From: the human T2T-CHM13v2.0 reference genome, Homo sapiens
Length of the DNA stretch: 64,000 nucleotides
Assembly: GCF_009914755.1 (NCBI RefSeq)
Contig: NC_060931.1
Reading direction: 5' to 3' (one strand)
The notes beneath the pieces are model-generated. The model searched no databases. It was not told the DNA's origin and saw only the letters and a program-made list of their open reading frames with translations. Below, piece by piece: positions 56,201 to 64,000 of this stretch (its first letter is position 1; the number at the start of each line of letters is the position of its first letter). Made by a program: the position numbers and the translations under genes.

Positions 56201-56961
56201 CACAGAGTTGAACCTTGCTTTAGAGAGAGCAGATTTGAAACACTCTCGCTGTGGAATTTTCAGGTGGAGATTTCAAGCGATTTGAGGACAATTGCAGAAA
56301 AGGAAATATCTTCGTATAATAACCAGACAGAATCATTCTCAGAAAGTGCTTTGTGATGTGTGCGTTCAACTCACAGAGTTTAACCTTTCTTTTCATAGAG
56401 GAGTTTGGAAACACACTGTTTGTAAAGTCTGCAATTGGATATATGGACCTGTTTGAGGCCTCCGTTGGAAACGGGATTTCTTCATTGAATGCTAGACGGA
56501 AGAATTCTCAGTAAATTCTTTGTGTTGTGTGCATTCAACTCACAGAGTGGAACGTCCCTTTAGACAGAGCAGATTTGAAACACTCTTTTTGCGGAATTTG
56601 CAAGTGGAGATTTCTAGCCATTTGATGCCAACAGTAGAAAGGGAAATATCTTCAAATAAAAACCAGACAGAATCATTCTCAGAAAATTCTTTGTGATGTG
56701 TGCGTTCAACTCACATAGTTTAACCTTTCTTTTCATAGAGCAGTTTGGAAACACTCTGTTTGTAAAGTCTGCAAGTGGATATATGGACCGCATTGAGGCC
56801 TTCGTTGGAAACGGGATTTCTTCATTTCATGCTAGACAGAAGAATTCTCAGTAACTTCTTTGTGCTGTGTGTATTCAACTCACAGAGTGGAACGTCCCTT
56901 TGCACAGAGCAGATTTGAAACACTCTTTTTGTGGAGTTTGCAAGTGGAGATTTCAAGCGAT

Positions 56962-59900
56962 TTGATGCCAACAGTAGAAAAGGAAATATCTTCAAATAAA
57001 AACTAGACAGAATCATTCTCAGAAACTACTTTGTGATGTGTGCCTTCAACTCACAGAGTTTAACCTTTCTTTTCTTAGAGCAGTTTAGAAACACTCTGCT
57101 TGTTATGTCTGCAAGTGGATATTTGGACCTCTTTGAGGCCTTCGTTGCAAACGGGGTTTCTTCCTTTCATGCTAGACTAAGAAGAGTTCTCAGTAACTTT
57201 TTTGTGTTGTGTGTATTCAACTCACAGAGTTGAACCTTGCTTTAGAGAGAGCAGATTTGAAACACTCTTGCTGTGGCATTTTCAGGTGGAGATTTCAAGC
57301 GATTTGAGGACAATTGCAGAAAAGGAAATATCTTCGTATAATAACCAGACAGAATCATTCTCAGAAAGTGCTTTGTGATGTGTGCGTTCAACTCACAGAG
57401 TTTAACCTTTCTTTTCATAGAGGAGTTTGGAAACACACTGTTTGTAATGTCTGCAATTGGATATATGGACCTGTTTGAGGCCTTCGTTGGAAACGGGATT
57501 TCTTCATTGAATGCTAGACGGAAGAATTCTCAGTAAATTCTTTGTGTTGTGTGCATTCAACTCACAGAGTGGAACGTCCCTTTAGACAGAGCAGATTTGA
57601 AACACTTTTTGGCGGAATTTGCAAGTGGAGATTTCTAGCCATTTGATGCCAACAGTAGAAAGGGAAATATCTTCAAATAAAAACCAGACAGAATCATTCT
57701 CAGAAAATTCTTTGTGATGTGTGCGTTCAACTCACATAGTTTAACCTTTCTTTTCATAGAGCAGTTTGGAAACACTCTGTTTGTAAAGTCTGCAAGTGGA
57801 TATATGGACCGCATTGAGGCCTTCGTTGGAAACGGGATTTCTTCATTTCATGCTAGACAGAAGAATTCTCAGTAACTTCTTTGTGCTGTGTGTATTCAAC
57901 TCACAGAGTGGAACGTCCCTTTACACAGAGCAGATTTGAAACACTCTTTTTGTGGAGTTTGCAAGTGGAGATTTCAAGCGATTTGATGCCAACAGTAGAA
58001 AAGGAAATATCTTCAAATAAAAACTAGACAGAATCATTCTCAGAAACTACTTTGTGATGTGTGCCTTCAACTCACAGAGTTTAACCTTTCTTTTCTTAGA
58101 GCAGTTTAGAAACACTCTGCTTGTTATGTCTGCAAGTGGATATTTGGACCTCTTTGAGGCCTTCGTTGCAAACGGGGTTTCTTCCTTTAATGCTAGACTA
58201 AGAAGAGTTCTCAGTAACTTTTCTGTGTTGTGTGTATTCAACTCACAGAGTTGAACCTTGCTTTAGAGAGAGCAGATTTGAAACACTCTCGCTGTGGAAT
58301 TTTCAGGTGGAGATTTCAAGCGATTTGAGGACAATTGCAGAAAAGGAAATATCTTCGTATAATAACCAGACAGAATCATTCTCAGAAAGTGCTTTGTGAT
58401 GTGTGCGTTCAACTCACAGAGTTTAACCTTTCTTTTCATAGAGGAGTTTGGAAACACACTGTTTGTAAAGTCTACAATTGGATATATGGACCTGTTTGAG
58501 GCCTTCGTTGGAAACGGGATTTCATCATTGAATGCTAGACGGAAGGATTCTCAGTAAATTCTTTGTGTTGTGTGCATTCAACTCACAGAGTGGAACGTCC
58601 CTTTAGACAGAGCAGATTTGAAACACTCTTTTTGCGGAATTTGCAAGTGGAGATTTCTAGCCATTTGATGCCAACAGTAGAAAGGGAAATATCTTCAAAT
58701 AAAAACCAGACAGAATCATTCTCAGAAAATTCTTTGTGATGTGTGCGTTCAACTCACATAGTTTAACCTTTCTTTTCATAGAGCAGTTTGGAAACACTCT
58801 GTTTGTAAAGTCTGCAAGTGGATATATGGACCGCATTGAGGCCTTCGTTGGAAACGGGATTTCTTCATTTCATACTAGACAGAAGAATTCTCAGTAACTT
58901 CTTTGTGCTGTGTGTATTCAACTCACAGAGTGGAACGTCCCTTTGCACAGAGCAGATTTGGAACACTCTTTTTGTGGAGTTTGCTAGTGGAGATTTCAAG
59001 CGATTTGATGCCAACAGTAGAAAAGGAAATATCTTCAAATAAAAACTAGACAGAATCATTCTCAGAAACTACTTTGTGATGTGTGCCTTTAACTCACAGA
59101 GTTTAACCTTTCTTTTCTTAGAGCAGTTTAGAAACACTCTGCTTGTTATGTCTGCAAGTGGATATTTGGACCTCTTTGAGGCCTTCGTTGCAAACGGGGT
59201 TTCTTCCTTTCATGCTAGACTAAGAAGAGTTCTCAGTAACTTTTTTGTGTTGTGTGTATTCAACTCACAGAGTTGAACCTTGCTTTAGAGAGAGCAGATT
59301 TGAAACACTCTTGCTGTGGCATTTTCAGGTGGAGATTTCAAGCGATTTGAGGACAATTGCAGAAAAGGAAATATCTTCGTATAATAACCAGACAGAATCA
59401 TTCTCAGAAAGTGCGTTGTGATGTGTGCGTTCAACTCACAGAGTTTAACCTTTCTTTTCATAGAGGAGCTTGGAAACACACTGTTTGTAATGTCTGCAAT
59501 TGGATATATGGACCTGTTTGAGGCCTCCGTTGGAAACGGGATTTCTTCATTGAATGCTAGACGGAAGAATTCTCAGTAAATTCTTTGTGTTGTGTGCATT
59601 GAACTCACAGAGTGGAACGTCCCTTTAGACAGAGCAGATTTGAAAAAACACTCTTTTTGCGGAATTTGCAAGTGGAGATTTCTAGCCATTTGATGTCAAC
59701 AGTAGAAAGGGAAATATCTTCAAATAAAAACCAGACAGAATCATTCTCAGAAAATTCTTTGTGATGTGTGCGTTCAACTCACATAGTTTAACCTTTCTTT
59801 TCATAGAGCAGTTTGGAAACACTCTGTTTGTAAAGTCTGCAAGTGGATATATGGACCGCATTGAGGCCTTCGTTGGAAACGGGATTTCTTCATTTCATGC

Positions 59901-61647
59901 TAGACAGAAGAATTCTCAGTAACTTCTTTGTGCTGTGTGTATTCAACTCACAGAGTGGAACGTCCCTTTGCACAGAGCAGATTTGAAACACTCTTTTTGT
60001 GGAGTTTGCAAGTGGAGATTTCAAGCGATTTTATGCCAACAGTAGAAAAGGAAATATCTTCAAATAAAAACTAGACAGAATCATTCTCAGAAACTGCTTT
60101 GTGATGTGTGCCTTCAACTCACAGAGTTTAACCTTTCTTTTCTTAGAGCAGTTTAGAAACACTCTGCTTGTTATGTCTGCAAGTGGATATTTGGACCTCT
60201 TTGAGGCCTTCGTTGCAAACGGGGTTTCTTCCTTTAATGCTAGACTAAGAAGAGTTCTCAGTAACTTTTTTGTGTTGTGTGTATTCAACTCACAGAGTTG
60301 AACCTTGCTTTAGAGAGAGCAGATTTGAAACACTCTCGCTGTGGAATTTTCAGGTGGAGATTTCAAGCGATTTGAGGACAATTGCAGAAAAGGAAATATC
60401 TTCGTATAATAACCAGACAGAATCATTCTCAGAAAGTGCTTTGTGATGTGTGCGTTCAACTCACAGAGTTTAACCTTTCTTTTCATAGAGGAGTTTGGAA
60501 ACACACTGTTTGTAAAGTCTGCAATTGGATATATGGACCTGTTTGAGGCCTTCGTTGGAAACGGGATTTCTTCATTGAATGCTAGACGGAAGGATTCTCA
60601 GTAAATTCTTTGTGTTGTGTGCATTCAACTCACAGAGTGGAACGTCCCTTTAGACAGAGCAGATTTGAAACACTCTTTTTGCGGAATTTGCAAGTGGAGA
60701 TTTCTAGCCATTTGATGCCAACAGTAGAAAGGGAAATATCTTCAAATAAAAACCAGACAGAATCATTCTCAGAAAATTCTTTGTGATGTGTGCGTTCAAC
60801 TCACATAGTTTAACCTTTCTTTTCGTAGAGCAGTTTGGAAACACTCTGTTTGTAAAGTCTGCAAGTGGATATATGGACCGCATTGAGGCCTTCATTGGAA
60901 ACGGGATTTCTTCATTTCATACTAGACAGAAGAATTCTCAGTAACTTCTTTGTGCTGTGTGTATTCAACTCACAGAGTGGAACGTCCCTTTGCACAGAGC
61001 AGATTTGAAACACTCTTTTTGTGGAGTTTGCAAGTGGAGATTTCAAGCGATTTGATGCCAACAGTAGAAAAGGAAATATCTTCAAATAAAAACTAGACAG
61101 AATCATTCTCAGAAACTACTTTGTGATGTGTGCCTTTAACTCACAGAGTTTAACCTTTCTTTTCTTAGAGCAGTTTAGAAACACTCTGCTTGTTATGTCT
61201 GCAAGTGGATATTTGGACCTCTTTGAGGCCTTCGTTGCAAACGGGGTTTCTTCCTTTCATGCTAGACTAAGAAGAGTTCTCAGTAACTTTTTTGTGTTGT
61301 GTGTATTCAACTCACAGAGTTGAACCTTGCTTTAGAGAGAGCAGATTTGAAACACTCTTGCTGTGGCATTTTCAGGTGGAGATTTCAAGCGATTTGAGGA
61401 CAATTGCAGAAAAGGAAATATCTTCGTATAATAACCAGACAGAATCATTCTCAGAAAGTGCTTTGTGATGTGTGCGTTCAACTCACAGAGTTTAACCTTT
61501 CTTTTCATAGAGGAGTTTGGAAACACACTGTTTGTAAAGTCTGCAATTGGATATATGGACCTGTTTGAGGCCTCCGTTGGAAACGGGATTTCTTCATTGA
61601 ATGCTAGACGGAAGAATTCTCAGTAAATTCTTTGTGTTGTGTGCATT
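56962..61647 (+). repeat. Long-range duplicate of ~12690-17375 (offset 44272 bp)
   Basis: Shares rare variants in the same order: TTTTCTGTG, TCTACAATT, TTCATCATT, TTTGGAACAC, +3A GAAAAAACAC, ACTGCTTTG. Confidence 0.9.
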
Positions 61648-64000
61648 CAACTCACAGAGTGGAACGTCCCTTTAGACAGAGCAGATTTGAAACACTCTTT
61701 TTGCGGAATTTGCAAGTGGAGATTTCTAGCCATTTGATGCCAACAGTAGAAAGGGAAATATCTTCAAATAAAAACCAGACAGAATCATTCTCAGAAAATT
61801 CTTTGTGATGTGTGCGTTCAACTCACATAGTTTAACCTTTCTTTTCATAGAGCAGTTTGGAAACACTCTGTTTGTAAAGTCTGCAAGTGGATATATGGAC
61901 CGCATTGAGGCCTTCGTTGGAAACGGGATTTCTTCATTTCATGCTAGACAGAAGAATTCTCAGTAACTTCTTTGTGCTGTGTGTATTCAACTCACAGAGT
62001 GGAACGTCCCTTTGCACAGAGCAGATTTGAAACACTCTTTTTGTGGAGTTTGCAAGTGGAGATTTCAAGCGATTTGATGCCAACAGTAGAAAAGGAAATA
62101 TCTTCAAATAAAAACTAGACAGAATCATTCTCAGAAACTACTTTGTGATGTGTGCCTTCAACTCACAGAGTTTAACCTTTCTTTTCTTAGAGCAGTTTAG
62201 AAACACTCTGCTTGTTATGTCTGCAAGTGGATATTTGGACCTCTTTGAGGCCTTCGTTGCAAACGGGGTTTCTTCCTTTAATGCAAGACTAAGAAGAGTT
62301 CTCAGTAACTTTTTGTGTTGTGTGTATTCAACTCACAGAGTTGAACCTTGCTTTAGAGAGAGCAGATTTGAAACACTCTTGCTGTGGAATTTTCAGGTGG
62401 AGATTTCAAGCGATTTGAGGACAATTGCAGAAAAGGAAATATCTTCGTATAATAACCAGACAGAATCATTCTCAGAAAGTGCGTTGTGATGTGTGCGTTC
62501 AACTCACAGAGTTTAACCTTTCTTTTCATAGAGGAGCTTGGAAACACACTGTTTGTAATGTCTGCAATTGGATATATGGACCTGTTTGAGGCCTCCGTTG
62601 GAAACGGGATTTCTTCATTGAATGCTAGACGGAAGAATTCTCAGTAAATTCTTTGTGTTGTGTGCATTGAACTCACAGAGTGGAACGTCCCTTTAGACAG
62701 AGCAGATTTGAAACACTTTTTGGCGGAATTTGCAAGTGGAGATTTTTAGCCCTTTGATGCCAACAGTAGAAAGGGAAATATCTTCAAATAAAAACCAGAC
62801 AGAATCATTCTCAGAAAATTCTTTGTGATGTGTGCGTTCAACTCACATAGTTTAACCTTTCTTTTCATAGAGCAGTTTGGAAACACTCTGTTTGTAAAGT
62901 CTGCAAGTGGATATATGGACCGCATTGAGGCCTTCGTTGGAAACGGGATTTCTTCATTTCATGCTAGACAGAAGAATTCTCAGTAACTTCTTTGTGCTGT
63001 GTGTATTCAACTCACAGAGTGGAACGTCCCTTTGCACAGAGCAGATTTGAAACACTCTTTTTGTGGAGTTTGCAAGTGGAGATTTCAAGCGATTTGATGC
63101 CAACAGTAGAAAAGGAAGTATCTTCAAATAAAAACTAGACAGAATCATTCTCAGAAACTACTTTGTGATGTGTGCCTTCAACTCACCGAGTTTAACCTTT
63201 CTTTTCTGAGAGCAGCTTAGAAACACTCTGCTTGTTATGTCTGCAAGTTGATATTTGGACCTCTTTGAGGCCTTCGTTGCAAACGGGGTTTCTTCCTTTA
63301 ATGCTAGACTAAGAAGAGTTCTCAGTAACTTTTTTGTGTTGTGTGTATTCAACTCACAGAGTTGAACCTTGCTTTAGAGAGAGCAGATTTGAAACACTCT
63401 TGCTGTGGCATTTTCTGGTGGAGATTTCAAGCGATTTGAGGACAATTGCAGAAAAGGAAATATCTTCGTATAATAACCAGACAGAATCATTCTCAGAAAG
63501 TGCTTTGTGATGTGTGCGTTCAACTCACAGAGTTTAACCTTTCTTTTCATAGAGGAGTTTGGAAACACACTGTTTGTAATGTCTGCAATTGGATATATGG
63601 ACCTGTTTGAGGCCTTCGTTGGAAACGGGATTTCTTCATTGAATGCTAGACGGAAGAATTCTCAGTAAATTCTTTGTGTTGTGTGCATTCAACTCACAGA
63701 GTGGAACGTCCCTTTAGACAGAGCAGATTTGAAACACTTTTTGGCGGAATTTGCAAGTGGAGATTTCTAGCCATTTGATGCCAACAGTAGAAAGGGAAAT
63801 ATCTTCAAATAAAAACCAGACAGAATCATTCTCAGAAAATTCTTTGTGATGTGTGCGTTCAACTCACATAGTTTAACCTTTCTTTTCATAGAGCAGTTTG
63901 GAAACACTCTGTTTGTAAAGTCTGCTAGTGGATATATGGACCGCATTGAGGCCTTCGTTGGAAACGGGATTTCTTCATTTCATGCTAGACAGAAGAATTC

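Larger units (their letters stand above)
1..64000 (+). repeat. Centromeric alpha-satellite higher-order repeat array (SF1 dimeric type, 6-mer HOR of ~1022 bp, ~63 copies)
   Basis: Classic alphoid motifs (CATTCTCAGAAA..TTTGTGATGTGTG.TTCAACTCACAGAG, CTTCGTTGGAAACGGGA) recur every ~170/340 bp across the whole window. The marker ORF recurs at 710, 1731, 2753, 3775 ... 63374, a period of 1018-1025 bp with two 682-bp exceptions. Orientation is the same throughout. Confidence 0.99.
1..64000 (+). repeat. D7Z1: Probable identity: human chromosome 7 active alpha-satellite array D7Z1 (S1C7H1L)
   Basis: SF1 6-mer HOR of ~1.02 kb, cut by EcoRI into 340 + 682 bp. Contains AGCGATTTGAGGACAATTGC and the reverse complement of CCACCTGAAAATGCCACAGC, which I recall as chr7 alphoid-specific oligos. 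Recalled from memory, not checked against a database. Confidence 0.85.

Noticed and set aside
62145-62489. Longest ORF (114 aa)
   Set aside because: Created by a 1-bp deletion in a T homopolymer (~62310) that fuses two spurious frames. It may also be a sequencing indel.
290-63568. About 170 short ORFs (62-114 aa) such as MFPNSSMKRKVKLCELNAH and MMCAFNSQSLTF
   Set aside because: They are translations of alpha satellite that recur with the HOR period. Most begin at non-ATG codons, they switch on and off with single SNVs, and they show no domain or gene structure.
1-64000. CRISPR-like regularly spaced conserved motifs
   Set aside because: The intervening sequences are themselves repeated rather than unique spacers. 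The period is 171/340/1022 bp and there are no cas genes.
1-64000. Alternative assignment to the chr1/5/19 SF1 array, which is also described with a 6-mer
   Set aside because: Motifs such as GATGCCAACAGTAG and GAGGACAATTGC match my recollection of chr7 rather than chr1/5/19. An HMM or BLAST classification would settle it.
1-64000. L1/Alu insertion, inversion or array edge
   Set aside because: The marker spacing accounts for all bases (1018-1025 or 682 bp) and all CENP-B boxes lie on the same strand, leaving no room for foreign sequence.

Overview
The whole 64 kb is one uninterrupted, single-orientation array of primate centromeric alpha satellite. It consists of ~171-bp monomers in an A/B dimer (suprachromosomal family 1 type, CENP-B box in every second monomer), grouped into a 6-monomer higher-order repeat (HOR) of 1022 bp (340+342+340), with about 63 copies that look ~99% identical by eye. 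HOR size, EcoRI pattern and diagnostic motifs (AGCGATTTGAGGACAATTGC, GCTGTGGCATTTTCAGGTGG) fit the live human chromosome 7 array D7Z1 (S1C7H1L). I found no genes, RNA genes, transposon insertions, inversions or CRISPR arrays, and every listed ORF is an artefact that recurs with the repeat period. I see no evidence for a new protein-coding system. The structure worth attention lies in the variants: two 682-bp 4-mer deletion HORs, each followed by a chimeric monomer; nested multi-HOR duplications (2-, 3-, 4-, 6- and 7-HOR periods); a ~44-45 kb long-range duplication that sandwiches a distinct central haplotype block; a lineage-linked core mutation of one specific CENP-B box in 18 of ~63 HORs; and a 5-substitution cluster that creates a small perfect hairpin beside a CENP-B box. 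All variant calls were made by eye, and block boundaries are approximate.
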